Positions 34,035 through 43,287 of a stretch of DNA of 64,000 nucleotides are shown here, in pieces. Location: the NCBI GenBank assembly GCA_013287775.1, contig JABDDE010000001.1, positions 7,245-71,244 of the forward strand. The letters run 5' to 3'. The first letter of the stretch is position 1; every line of letters starts with the position of its first letter. The notes under the pieces were generated by a model, which searched no databases, had not been told where the DNA came from, and saw nothing but the letters and a program-made list of their open reading frames with translations. The position numbers and the translations under genes were made by a program. This DNA is from Chlamydiota bacterium (lineage in GTDB: Bacteria > Chlamydiota > Chlamydiia > Chlamydiales > FEN-1388).

Positions 34035-37000
34035 CTATGTGCGTGCTCTGGAATGAGAACTCATAATCTCCCTCCACTTATTCACGATCGCCGCCGCAAT
34101 AGGCGCTGCATCCTTACCATAGCCCCCATAACGCAAATATACCACCACGACAAGCTCAGGATCTTGGAAGGTAAAGACGCCATTATTTTGTGGAAAGGCA
34201 ATACCCCCATACCAGATATGACGATACATATGAGGGGTGTCACCCACATCGAGGCCTATTCGCTCAACTACTTCTGAGGTACTTGTTTTCCCAATAAGCC
34301 CTTGCATTGCAGTAAACTCCTTATAGACACGCGGTAAAAAATGGCAGCCTGCACCTATAAAGCGTTTTCGCTTATATTCTTCTTGTGCATGGGAGGTACA
34401 GCGACGCATGCCCTCAAAGAGTGTGTTTTGAATTTCAACAGGCAAAAAAACGCTCCTGCGCACGTGTCTGGAGAACTCTTCTACCTCATTTACAGAACTT
34501 GGTTGCTCTGAAATGGTTCTTCCAGCGGCAAGGAGGGCAATTTGAGGACGCAGGAGATCCCCGCCATTGGCAAGTGCCGCAATCATGCAAGAGCTTTGAA
34601 GGGGAGTGTTGACAAGAGTGTGTTGCCCAATAGCAGTTGCATACAGCCCCGTTTTATTGGTCGCGATATCTTGTGGAAGGTTGCCTTTGATCTCGTAGGG
34701 GAGCTGTATGCCACTTTTTTCTCCATACCCAAAATCTTGGGCACATTGAATAAGCGTGGTAGGATCGTGTAGGAAATCGCCTGCGAGAAGGGAAAAATAA
34801 GGATTTGAGGAGGTCTCTATAGCGCGAAGAAGATTCATGGTGCCAAGATGAAGATTCAAGCTTTTTGGAATTCTGCCTCCTTTATAAAGCTGTGGGATGG
34901 GTTGACCATTTGAAAAATTGCCAACAAAGGTTTTCCCATGCATTTTGTAATAGTGATCTGAGATTTCAAAAAGCTGCATATCTTTTGGAGACACGCTGCC
35001 CTGCTTTTCAAGGTAGAGTTGTTTTAAGGCGGTATATCCCGTAATGAGCTTGAAGATCGATCCTTGGATAGAAGATTCACGAAACGCATATGAGCGCAAA
35101 TAATGCCCACTTACTGATTTCATAAATGACGAAGCAAGGGATTTTGCATCAGTGCCAAGTCCACGATAGCGGCCATATAAAGGATGTGTTATATCCATAT
35201 ACCCTTTGCATATGTGCAAAAGCTCTGGGGCATAAGGAAAGAGTGGTTTTATTTTGTCATGAAGCTCTGCAAAGCGCTCAATATAGGGCTCAAGCTCTAC
35301 AAATTCAGTTCCAAATGCTGCAGAGTTTTTTGTGCATGCAAAGGTTAAGAGTGCCTCTTTCCATTTTTTCCAAAATGCATCAAAGGCTTCCTTTTCATGC
35401 TTGTCTATATATTCTAAATAGGGGCGAGGATATTTGCCTGCTCGCTTTTCTTCTACTCGTTTTGCTTGTAAAAATGCCTTTTCATGGGTACTTCGCCAGG
35501 CTTTCATAGTATGAAGGCGAAATATTTTTTTTGCCTCTTTTTTGAGAAGCTCAGATATAAAAACAGCTGTCGATGAAAGCGCACGAAATTCACGTATGCT
35601 ATAGCGGCTAAGCTCAGTAGCTGCTGCTCCTCGAGTGTTTATCTCTTCTGCTTGGATGATAAGACGGCTAAGATCCAGAAGCAAAAGGCGCTCTTTTGTA
35701 TTTTGAAGGGGCTGCAGCGCTCTGTCAAGGACTGCCTTGTAGGTGGCGACATCTTGCAAAAACTGGCCTACATATGGCTCATCGCCTTGTTCATAGAGGA
35801 GTGACATCACCTCTTCAGGGCTTAATGTAGGGGCTCTTTTGAGTATTTCGTTAAAAGCACTTTGAAGCGCAATGATATGTTCGAGAGAGGTGTTTTCTGA
35901 TAGAAGAGTTTTGATAGGGCAATGTGGGGGCAGTATCCATTCCAGAAACCTATCCCATTCAAGAAGCTCTTCTTTTTCTTGCATGCTGCCGTCAGGGCCA
36001 ACTTCTTCTTGTACAAGGCCGATTTTTTGATTCCAAGTTGCGGCTTCATACTCTTCATTCTCAATCCAGCGCTTTACATTTTCATTGGCTTGTATAAAGT
36101 CATTAGGATCAAATCTGGGAAAGCTTGCCAGAGCAACGACTTGCCCATTTTTTGGATCAATTGCTACGATGCTACCACCGCGAATCCATGGCTCTTTATA
36201 ACGCTCATGTGTTTTTTCTTGTTCTTGCTTAGCTGCACTTTTGCGCACTTTTTCACTTTCTGCAAGAAGTTTTTCTGCATATTCTTGGAGCTGCAGTGAG
36301 ATTGAGAGCACTAAGCGCTTACCTGAAAGAGGTGGCTGCGATTGCAGGCTTCGCACGAAATTGCCTTTAGCATCAGAAAAATATTCTTCTTTACCATAAA
36401 ACCCTCGCAAGTAGTTCTCAAAAGAGGCTTCAACTCCAAGTGTGCCTATATGATCATTTATGGTGTAGGCTCGCTCTTGCAGCTCTGTCAGGCTTTTTTT
36501 TGCCTCTTCAATAGTGGTAAAAGGTGCTGGAAGTCCAAGACCCAGTTCTGCTACAGTGATTGCCGAGGCAGTAGTGTGGATGTCAGAGAGCACTTTTTCA
36601 TACTGCTCTTTTTGTATGGGTGCAAGATATCCAAGAATATGACAGAGCGCCTTGCCATGAGGATAGCTGCGCTTTGGAATACGCTCGACATGCAATCCTG
36701 GCCAGTCTTTTTCAAGCATTTTGAGTCGATAATATTCTTGTTCTGTAAGATGATTTTTGAGGATGTAAGGAATATTATTATTCTGAGCGGCGTATGAATA
36801 GATGAGGTCAACGACTCGCTCTTGATCAAGCCCTACCTCACGCTCGATCAGTTCAGCGAGGGCGCGAATATACATTTTGCGAAGATATACCTTGCGTCTC
36901 TCTCCAGTACTCGTTTTGTCAAAAATGACTTGGGGAATCTCACGAAGAGAAGCATAGATGATACCAAGACGAAAATCTGTAGTGTTTGTTGCAAGTACAA

Positions 37001-37283
37001 TATTAAAGCGATCGCGGATGGTGCCGCGCTCTGCTGCTTGTACGACCACTTTTGTGCGTGCCAGAAATGCCTCTTCTGATTTTTTGTCGTGCTGGATAAT
37101 AGCCAAATGCCACAGGCGCAGCGCAATAAGCAAAAGCAAAAAAAGCACTACATTCAGAAGACGGTTAGCCTTTACTGGAATGGATGCAAGGGATGGAGAG
37201 TGGTCTCGGCGTATATTTCTCACACCATTATGGTATTTTGTTTGTGAAAAAAACGCAACATACGTGTATAATGGAGACGTCAT
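34035..37283 (-). CDS. Penicillin-binding protein 2 (transpeptidase), long chlamydial type
   Basis: N-terminal TM with SxxK (GSIFKLITGY), SxN (SSNPYF) and a KTG-like motif (GKTSTSE). The ~1080 aa length matches chlamydial PBP2. The start codon lies within a PE-1 arm. Confidence 0.85.
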   Translation of the reverse strand: MTSPLYTYVAFFSQTKYHNGVRNIRRDHSPSLASIPVKANRLLNVVLFLLLLIALRLWHLAIIQHDKKSEEAFLARTKVVVQAAERGTIRDRFNIVLATNTTDFRLGIIYASLREIPQVIFDKTSTGERRKVYLRKMYIRALAELIEREVGLDQERVVDLIYSYAAQNNNIPYILKNHLTEQEYYRLKMLEKDWPGLHVERIPKRSYPHGKALCHILGYLAPIQKEQYEKVLSDIHTTASAITVAELGLGLPAPFTTIEEAKKSLTELQERAYTINDHIGTLGVEASFENYLRGFYGKEEYFSDAKGNFVRSLQSQPPLSGKRLVLSISLQLQEYAEKLLAESEKVRKSAAKQEQEKTHERYKEPWIRGGSIVAIDPKNGQVVALASFPRFDPNDFIQANENVKRWIENEEYEAATWNQKIGLVQEEVGPDGSMQEKEELLEWDRFLEWILPPHCPIKTLLSENTSLEHIIALQSAFNEILKRAPTLSPEEVMSLLYEQGDEPYVGQFLQDVATYKAVLDRALQPLQNTKERLLLLDLSRLIIQAEEINTRGAAATELSRYSIREFRALSSTAVFISELLKKEAKKIFRLHTMKAWRSTHEKAFLQAKRVEEKRAGKYPRPYLEYIDKHEKEAFDAFWKKWKEALLTFACTKNSAAFGTEFVELEPYIERFAELHDKIKPLFPYAPELLHICKGYMDITHPLYGRYRGLGTDAKSLASSFMKSVSGHYLRSYAFRESSIQGSIFKLITGYTALKQLYLEKQGSVSPKDMQLFEISDHYYKMHGKTFVGNFSNGQPIPQLYKGGRIPKSLNLHLGTMNLLRAIETSSNPYFSLLAGDFLHDPTTLIQCAQDFGYGEKSGIQLPYEIKGNLPQDIATNKTGLYATAIGQHTLVNTPLQSSCMIAALANGGDLLRPQIALLAAGRTISEQPSSVNEVEEFSRHVRRSVFLPVEIQNTLFEGMRRCTSHAQEEYKRKRFIGAGCHFLPRVYKEFTAMQGLIGKTSTSEVVERIGLDVGDTPHMYRHIWYGGIAFPQNNGVFTFQDPELVVVVYLRYGGYGKDAAPIAAAIVNKWREIMSSHSRART

Positions 37284-37318
37284 ATGTCATTTTCCTAACG
37301 GAAAACGACATATGACGA
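37277..37318. repeat. PE-1 hairpin element containing the PBP2 start codon
   Basis: acgtcatatgtcattttcc taac ggaaaacgacatatgacg followed by aaaatag. Confidence 0.85.
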
Positions 37319-37335
37319 AAATAGCTTGTCCTTAT

Positions 37336-37406
37336 GCGCCTGTAGTTCAATGGTAGAACTGTAGCCTTCCAAGCTACGAGTGTCAGTTCGATTCTGACCA
37401 GGCGCT
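37336..37406 (+). tRNA. tRNA-Gly (anticodon TCC)
   Basis: 71-nt cloverleaf: acceptor gcgcctg/caggcgc, anticodon loop ctTCCaa and T-loop ttcgatt. Confidence 0.9.
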
Positions 37407-37427
37407 ATTATCCTCCTCACGTTTCAC

Positions 37428-37883
37428 GCATACGCATCAGGCTAAGGGATATTAGCATAACAAAGGTTATAGCTAGTACAAGCCATGGTTGCTTTTTTTT
37501 ACAGGGAGAGCCACAGGAGAATAGCTGCAGAGAGAGCTTGTCAGAGGCGTTAGGGGTGCTAGATGCATTTTTCCACTGAAAGTGGAACAGTCCAGGCATA
37601 TAAAAATCGATTGGCAAATTTATTTGCCATGCGATTTTTATATGCCTGGACTACAGCGAGCATACGCTCGCTGAAAATGCATCTTTGATGCTTCGTATAA
37701 GCCAATACAGATCTCTTAGCTCTCTCTAATCTCTCTGCCCAGACCTTTATTACTAATGCCTTTAGCCACCCCACACGCCTCTGACAAGCTCTCTCCTGCA
37801 GCTCTCCCTGTTAAAAAATGTGCCAAAGCCTGTGAGAGCCATGGTTTAGCCTGATGCATATGCCACTACCGTGGCGGGGCACC
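37428..37883. mobile_element. Family-3 foldback (MITE-like) element, copy 2, inserted next to tRNA-Gly
   Basis: The arms are inverted copies of those at 118-529. The centre holds nested hairpins (gtccaggcatataaaaatcg..cgatttttatatgcctggac). It has no ORF. Confidence 0.65.
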
Positions 37884-37911
37884 AGTTCCAATTGGGCATG
37901 TTCTAATTTTC

Positions 37912-37950
37912 GTCATGTGTAATTTTCCGTTAGGAAAATTCACACATGAC
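37912..37950. repeat. PE-1 hairpin element (reverse orientation) abutting the stop of the BNR gene
   Basis: (attttc)gtcatgtgtaattttcc gtta ggaaaattcacacatgac. Confidence 0.9.
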
Positions 37951-39671
37951 TAGTCTTTATGCATCATGCGTGTGAGCAGTTCATGTACATGCTTTTTGTG
38001 AGCCTCTACGATGGTAACAAAGGGGGCTTGCCGCTTGTTCTTATCAAGGATGACGATGGCATGGTGCTCACGGTCAAACAGAAGCCTTTCTGGTTTTTTA
38101 AAGGGCCCATTAAATGATTTTGTGTAGATAGCATACAGCTTACTCTTCTGAGCCACTAAGAAAGGATAGTCGCCATCTACCATGTTGCCTTGCGTCGTTG
38201 TTGGTCCATGTTGAACTATATATGACTTTTTAGAAAGTCGCAGTTCTTTGACAAAGTTAAGGCCAGCTTTGGTGCTGCCTCCATTTTGTTTTTCAACCTC
38301 ATTATATACTGCAAGCCACGCATCGATCTTGGTTTTATTGATATGTGCCTTGTTATCGTTTCTGAGATCAAAGTACAAAACTCCTAGCTGTCCATCTTCA
38401 GTGATAGCAACGAATGGAGAAAATGCTTGAGGGTTTTTGGCATGTTTCGGTGTTCGGCTGATGCGTACGGGCTTAGACCATGTTTGGCCGCCATCTCGAG
38501 AGGAAGAGATCGCAATTTGGGGTAGCTTGTCATCGCGAAAGTGGCCTGTTTGCCATACGGCATACAGAAATCCATTTGCTGGATTTACGCAGAATGCAGG
38601 GATGATGTCTCCAGCTCTAATTAAGGCTCCAATGCCACCTGAAATATGGCCATGTTTGTACGTGTAGCCGCCCGTGAAGACTAAATTGCCATCGAGTGGA
38701 TGTACTACATGAGCATGTTTTTCCCACGTTTTTCCCTGATTTTTAGAGCGCACAAATGCTATATCGAATTTTGTATGCTGATAGGGGAATATATCGTTCG
38801 TATATTGCGCATCTGTCACACCAGGTTTGGCGAAGATGCGTACCATGAAGTTGAGCAGGTCCCCATTCATATGTGGTTTTTTGCCTTTCGGAAGGACAAC
38901 CACAATATTATTGACTGTTGAGTTGTCATTCAAAATGCCATTGCTGTGATTGTGTGCGATAAGGTCTGGAAATGGATCGTAGAGTACTTTATGGGGTGTC
39001 CACGTCTTACCACCATTTTTTGTACGGCTGATTTCTGTATGTGAGTGAAAAGAAATGGCTTGATCAAAGCGATCCCACACAGCATAGGCAAGGTCAGAAT
39101 AGTTGGGGTCGGCAGTAATTGAGGTCTTGTCGTCGAGTGCAAATAAACCTGTGGGCTCATTTAATGACTCCTGACTCGATGCAAGAAAATAGGGCTTACC
39201 CCAGTGCGCGCCACCATCTTTTGACACTGTAACAACGACGCCTTGTTGATTTTGGGTATTGCGCTCTGTTTTTGCATTGATGAAAATAGCAATGAGATAG
39301 ACACGGCTGCCGTCTTTTGAAAAGCTCAGCCATGTATCTGTGACCCTTTGCGAGATGCCGCCATTACATATCTGAAACGGTACTGTACTGTTTTTCCATG
39401 TTTTGCCGCCATCTTTAGAATAGGCAATGCCCGCCTCTAATGCACCAGCATTTGAAATTCTATCTTGTTGCCAGCAGGTAACGATATTATTTGTGTTTTT
39501 CGGATTGACCGCTATTGTCGGCTCTACAGCTGCACCAACATGAATGGTAGTTGTTGCATTATATACTTCTTGTTGTTTTAAGCAGTGGCGGCTATAGTGT
39601 GTTGCAAAGCCCTGAGACATCATTGTCAGGGCAGCTAATGCCCATGCTGCTAAAATGGAAAATTTTCTCAT
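37950..39671 (-). CDS. Secreted BNR/Asp-box repeat protein (sialidase/exo-alpha-sialidase-like beta-propeller)
   Basis: Signal peptide plus five SxDxGxTW boxes (SKDGGKTW, SKDGGAHW, TKNGGKTW, SKNQGKTW, SRDGGQTW). Confidence 0.75.
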   Translation of the reverse strand: MRKFSILAAWALAALTMMSQGFATHYSRHCLKQQEVYNATTTIHVGAAVEPTIAVNPKNTNNIVTCWQQDRISNAGALEAGIAYSKDGGKTWKNSTVPFQICNGGISQRVTDTWLSFSKDGSRVYLIAIFINAKTERNTQNQQGVVVTVSKDGGAHWGKPYFLASSQESLNEPTGLFALDDKTSITADPNYSDLAYAVWDRFDQAISFHSHTEISRTKNGGKTWTPHKVLYDPFPDLIAHNHSNGILNDNSTVNNIVVVLPKGKKPHMNGDLLNFMVRIFAKPGVTDAQYTNDIFPYQHTKFDIAFVRSKNQGKTWEKHAHVVHPLDGNLVFTGGYTYKHGHISGGIGALIRAGDIIPAFCVNPANGFLYAVWQTGHFRDDKLPQIAISSSRDGGQTWSKPVRISRTPKHAKNPQAFSPFVAITEDGQLGVLYFDLRNDNKAHINKTKIDAWLAVYNEVEKQNGGSTKAGLNFVKELRLSKKSYIVQHGPTTTQGNMVDGDYPFLVAQKSKLYAIYTKSFNGPFKKPERLLFDREHHAIVILDKNKRQAPFVTIVEAHKKHVHELLTRMMHKD

Positions 39672-39744
39672 AGTACCTCAAATTTTTTTACAGTTGTCCC
39701 TTTCCATAACGGTGTTTTGCTTTTCTTGCAAGCTAAAATTTTTT

Positions 39745-40115
39745 GGGAGAGAGCTTGACAGAGGCGTGTGTGGTGCTGGGATGTGTTGGTGAGGAAGGTC
39801 TGGGGGAATTTTTTTCACAGGGAGAGCTACAGGAGAGAGCTTACAGAGAGAGCTTGACAGAGGCGTGTGGGGTGCTTTGAAGGGATGGTGTGAAACGCCT
39901 GGGGAGTTTTTTTCACAGGGAGAGCCACAGGAGAGAGCTTACAGAGAGAGCTTGACAGAGGCGTGTGGGGTGCTTTGAAGGGATGGTGTGAAACGCCTGG
40001 GGAGTTTTTTTCACAGGGAGAGCCACAGGAGAGAGCTTACAGAGAGAGCTTGACAGAGGCGTGTGGGGTGCTTTGAAGGGATGGTGTGAAACGCCTGGGG
40101 AGTTTTTTTCACAGG
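39745..40115. repeat. 98-bp tandem array (~3.8 units) of the family-3 arm, forward
   Basis: cacagggagag recurs at 39816, 39914, 40012 and 40110. The unit is ..cacagggagagccacaggagagagcttacagagagagcttgacagaggcgtgtggggtgctttgaagggatggtgtgaaacgcctggggagttttttt. Confidence 0.95.
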
Positions 40116-40136
40116 AACACAGTGAATTAAAAGGTT

Positions 40137-40523
40137 TTACGTTTCCAAGTCGAGCCTTCGAATGCCATCTACGAGCTTTATTTCATTAAAATTAATGAGT
40201 AAGCCCACCTTGTAATTAGATAGTTTGAGGTATGAGAGTAACTGCGCCTCATGGATTGGAATAAGGCGCTCAACTGACTTGATTTCCAGTATCACTTTGT
40301 TTTCAATCACCAGATCGAGACGTAATTTACGCGCAAGATTTGTGTTCTTATAAACCAGAGGAATTTCTTTTTGCGTTTCCGCAACTAGCTGTTTTTGCTG
40401 CAATTCGTAAAACAAACATTGTTCATAAATCGGTTCAAGTAAGCCAGGGCCGAGTTCGCGATGGACTTCAATAGCAGTACCAATAATCTTGCTAGTAAGA
40501 ATATTTATATCTTCTCCGATCAT
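40137..40523 (-). CDS. GxxExxY protein (PD-(D/E)XK nuclease-fold family)
   Basis: IIGTAIEVHRELGPGLLEPIYEQCL (the GxxExxY box), then LDLVIENKVILEIKSV and EAQLLSYLK. The start was trimmed from 40613, where the extension is translated repeat. Confidence 0.8.
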   Translation of the reverse strand: MIGEDINILTSKIIGTAIEVHRELGPGLLEPIYEQCLFYELQQKQLVAETQKEIPLVYKNTNLARKLRLDLVIENKVILEIKSVERLIPIHEAQLLSYLKLSNYKVGLLINFNEIKLVDGIRRLDLET

Positions 40524-40569
40524 AAAAAAGACTCTTCTCCTTTGTTTTTCTCTAAAATTGTTACACAAA

Positions 40570-41010
40570 CCGTAACCACCAACACATCCAAGCACCCCAC
40601 ACGCCTCTGACAAGCTCTCTCTGTAAGCTCTCTCCTGTGGCTCTCCCTGTGAAAAAATTCCCCAAGGCCTTTCTCACCAACACATCCAAGCACCTCACAC
40701 ACCTCTGACAAGCTCTCTCCTGTGGCTCTCCCTGTGAAAAAATTCCCCAAGGCCTTTCTCACCAACACATCCAAGCACCCCACACGCCTCTGACAAGCTC
40801 TCTCTGTAAGCTCTCTCCTGTGGCTCTCCCTGTGAAAAATTCCCCAAGGCCTTTCTCACCAACACATCCAAGCACCCCACACACCTCTGACAAGCTCTCT
40901 CTGTAAGTTCTCTCCTGTGGCTCTCCCTGTGAAAAAATTCCCCAAGGCCGTCCCCACCAACACCTTAAGCCCCCTACACGCCTCTGACAAGCTCTCCCTG
41001 TAAAAAATTT
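40570..41010. repeat. 85-99-bp tandem array (~4.5 units) of the family-3 arm, reverse orientation
   Basis: accaacacatccaagcac recurs at 40577, 40676, 40761 and 40858. The units are the reverse complement of the first (39745-39815) unit subtype of the left array, and share the conserved arm core with its main 98-bp units. Confidence 0.95.
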
Positions 41011-41044
41011 CCTCCAGACCTATGACTGCCCACTGCCCAAGCCG

Positions 41045-42175
41045 TCACATAATCCCGTTTTGCAAAAGGGCTTCCTGGACCATCTTGAGGCTATATGGAC
41101 CATCATTATTTTTTAGTGGAGCAAAGCAAGTACTTCTGTCATAGACGACAACTCCTGCATTTTCTGACTCCTCCAAAATATCAAAGATAAAATACTCAAA
41201 TTTCCATGCTGGAGGAAGCTCTGGCGCAGGTTTTTTATGGGCTTTGTGTAAAGGAAGTGTATGTTTTGAAGTTACAAATTTTCTAATAAAGGCGAGGCTG
41301 AAACAAAAATTGCTGATATTAGCAAAGGGAAAAAGCAGCGCTCCAGTACTATCACGGGCGTTTTGTATTTCCTCAGATACTTCAAAATATTCACATACTT
41401 TAAGGTGTTTCCCCTGCTCTACGATAATGCCAAGGTGCTCTGCAGGATCTGTTTTTTTCATTGCCATTCTTTTCATTGCTATTCTTTCGATTGCTTTTAC
41501 GGTAATATCTCTATTTGCCAAGATATGTGAGCCGATAAGTTCTGCATCAAAGGGGTCTGCAAGGGGATTGTCGACGCAGATGACGACAATGTGTTCGATG
41601 CCTTGTTTTTCCCACGCTTGCAAAAGGCCGCAAGATTCCATATTCCAAAACAGTGAGCCATTGCCATCTGGCCCTTGCAGAGGGATGCCATCTGGTCCGA
41701 TGATATACTTTCCTGCATCGTCTAAAAAGGGAAGTGTGCTTTGCATAAAAAAGGATAATGAGTCTTTTGGTAGTCCAAAAAAATTATGACTTTGGAAAAA
41801 GGCATTTGTGGCGTCATGATTTTGTGCTGCAGTCATGCATGCAACAGACAGGGCTCTTTCCACTTGCGCGTTGCAAGCAATTATTTTCTCTGCAAATATT
41901 TGAAAAAGGCTTTTATGCAGGATTGGAGAAACAGAGATCATCCCTTTTGGGGTTGTGATCCCTAGCCTGCTTGCTTGGCCACCTGCAAGAATAACGCTAC
42001 CCACTTTGCCTTCTCGCAGCGCAATTTTTCCTGCCTCTTGTGCTTTTCGATTTGGAGCACGCTCAAAAGAGACAAGTGGCGAAAAGGTGCATGCAGGCTT
42101 CGGTGCTTCATGCAAACACGCAAGCTGTGAGTTATATACGGTATTATTCATGGAAACATCGTATAGTCTCTTCAT
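41045..42175 (-). CDS. UDP-sugar pyrophosphorylase (UDPGP family, eukaryote-type UDP-GlcNAc pyrophosphorylase-like)
   Basis: ILAGGQASRLG..PKGM and GPDGNGSLF motifs. The start is uncertain (ATG at 42175 or 42151). Confidence 0.8.
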   Translation of the reverse strand: MKRLYDVSMNNTVYNSQLACLHEAPKPACTFSPLVSFERAPNRKAQEAGKIALREGKVGSVILAGGQASRLGITTPKGMISVSPILHKSLFQIFAEKIIACNAQVERALSVACMTAAQNHDATNAFFQSHNFFGLPKDSLSFFMQSTLPFLDDAGKYIIGPDGIPLQGPDGNGSLFWNMESCGLLQAWEKQGIEHIVVICVDNPLADPFDAELIGSHILANRDITVKAIERIAMKRMAMKKTDPAEHLGIIVEQGKHLKVCEYFEVSEEIQNARDSTGALLFPFANISNFCFSLAFIRKFVTSKHTLPLHKAHKKPAPELPPAWKFEYFIFDILEESENAGVVVYDRSTCFAPLKNNDGPYSLKMVQEALLQNGIM

Positions 42176-43214
42176 ATACTTCGTCAACCGAGATTTGCAT
42201 CATACAGCGAAAATCGATGGGGCAAACTCTACGATAGCATGGACTGCATGAGACATGTTTATGAATAACACTGCCCCATTTATAAGGGCCAGTTTTGACC
42301 TCGTTAGTGGATCCAAAAATGGCTACAAGAGGTTTTCGTAAGGCGGCAGCAATATGCATGGGGCCACTGTCGTTGGTGACAAAGGCAGATGAAGTGTCTA
42401 CAAGGGCAATAAATTGTCTGAGAGTTGTTTTGCCAGCAAGGTTCACAACGCGTGGAGGAAAGTGTCGCACGATGTCGTCAACAAGTGTTTTTGTGTCCTG
42501 ATCCCCAAAATAGAGAACACGGCAGCGCATATCTTCTATAAGGCGATGTGTGAGTGCTATGAAGCGCTCTTTCGGCCAGCATTTGGCTGGTCCAAAAGCA
42601 GCTCCTGGATTGATTCCTATAATACGATGAGTATCAGAAACCCCATATGCCTCCAAGGTAGCCCACGCTTGTTTTTTTTCTTGCGCACTGACGTAGAGTG
42701 TGGGGCGTGTTAGGCTCGAGCTTTGCCCTGTAATTGGGTTGAGGAGTGCCTTATACATCTCTACTTCATGTACTTGTTCGGAGTTTTTTGGACGACATGC
42801 TGGATGAGTCAGCAAAAGACGGCGAAAATGCATGCTATAGCCTATGCGTACTGGGATTTTCGCTTTCCAGAACCACCATGCTGACGAAAATGAGTTTGTG
42901 GTGAGCAGACCTATATCAAATTTATGGTGTTTTAAATCGGCAATAATTTTTGGGACGTTTTTTTCTTTTTTTGAGAACGCAATAACCCCATCTACAAAAG
43001 GGCTCTCTTTCACAAGTTCACAAATTGAGAGATGCCCCAAAATAAACACCTCAGCATGTTTATTCCATGCTTTTATGTCTTCGAGTACTGGCAGAGCCAT
43101 GACAGCATCGCCAATCCAATTGGGCATGCGGACAATTATTTTTGTTTTCTCATGGTGTGAGCACCCTTGCAGGGAGCTCACATCATGAGAAAAATCGATG
43201 TTTTTTTCTGACAT
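42144..43214 (-). CDS. Glycosyltransferase family 9 (ADP-heptose:LPS heptosyltransferase II-like)
   Basis: IVRMPNWIGDAVMALP, GINPGAAFGPAKCWP and VTNDSGPMHIAAAL. Confidence 0.85.
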   Translation of the reverse strand: MSEKNIDFSHDVSSLQGCSHHEKTKIIVRMPNWIGDAVMALPVLEDIKAWNKHAEVFILGHLSICELVKESPFVDGVIAFSKKEKNVPKIIADLKHHKFDIGLLTTNSFSSAWWFWKAKIPVRIGYSMHFRRLLLTHPACRPKNSEQVHEVEMYKALLNPITGQSSSLTRPTLYVSAQEKKQAWATLEAYGVSDTHRIIGINPGAAFGPAKCWPKERFIALTHRLIEDMRCRVLYFGDQDTKTLVDDIVRHFPPRVVNLAGKTTLRQFIALVDTSSAFVTNDSGPMHIAAALRKPLVAIFGSTNEVKTGPYKWGSVIHKHVSCSPCYRRVCPIDFRCMMQISVDEVYEETIRCFHE

Positions 43215-43287
43215 TTATTTAGACTCTTGTTTTTTTTAACATAAATTCGTTATGCTACGCATAATGTTTTTTCATGGACGTCAATAT

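Noticed and set aside
40520-40880. ORFs 40520-40783(-) and 40695-40880(-), and the N-terminal 30 aa of ORF 40137-40613
   Set aside because: They are translations of the tandem family-3 arm array. The near-identical peptides reflect DNA repeats. The real GxxExxY gene starts at the ATG at 40523.
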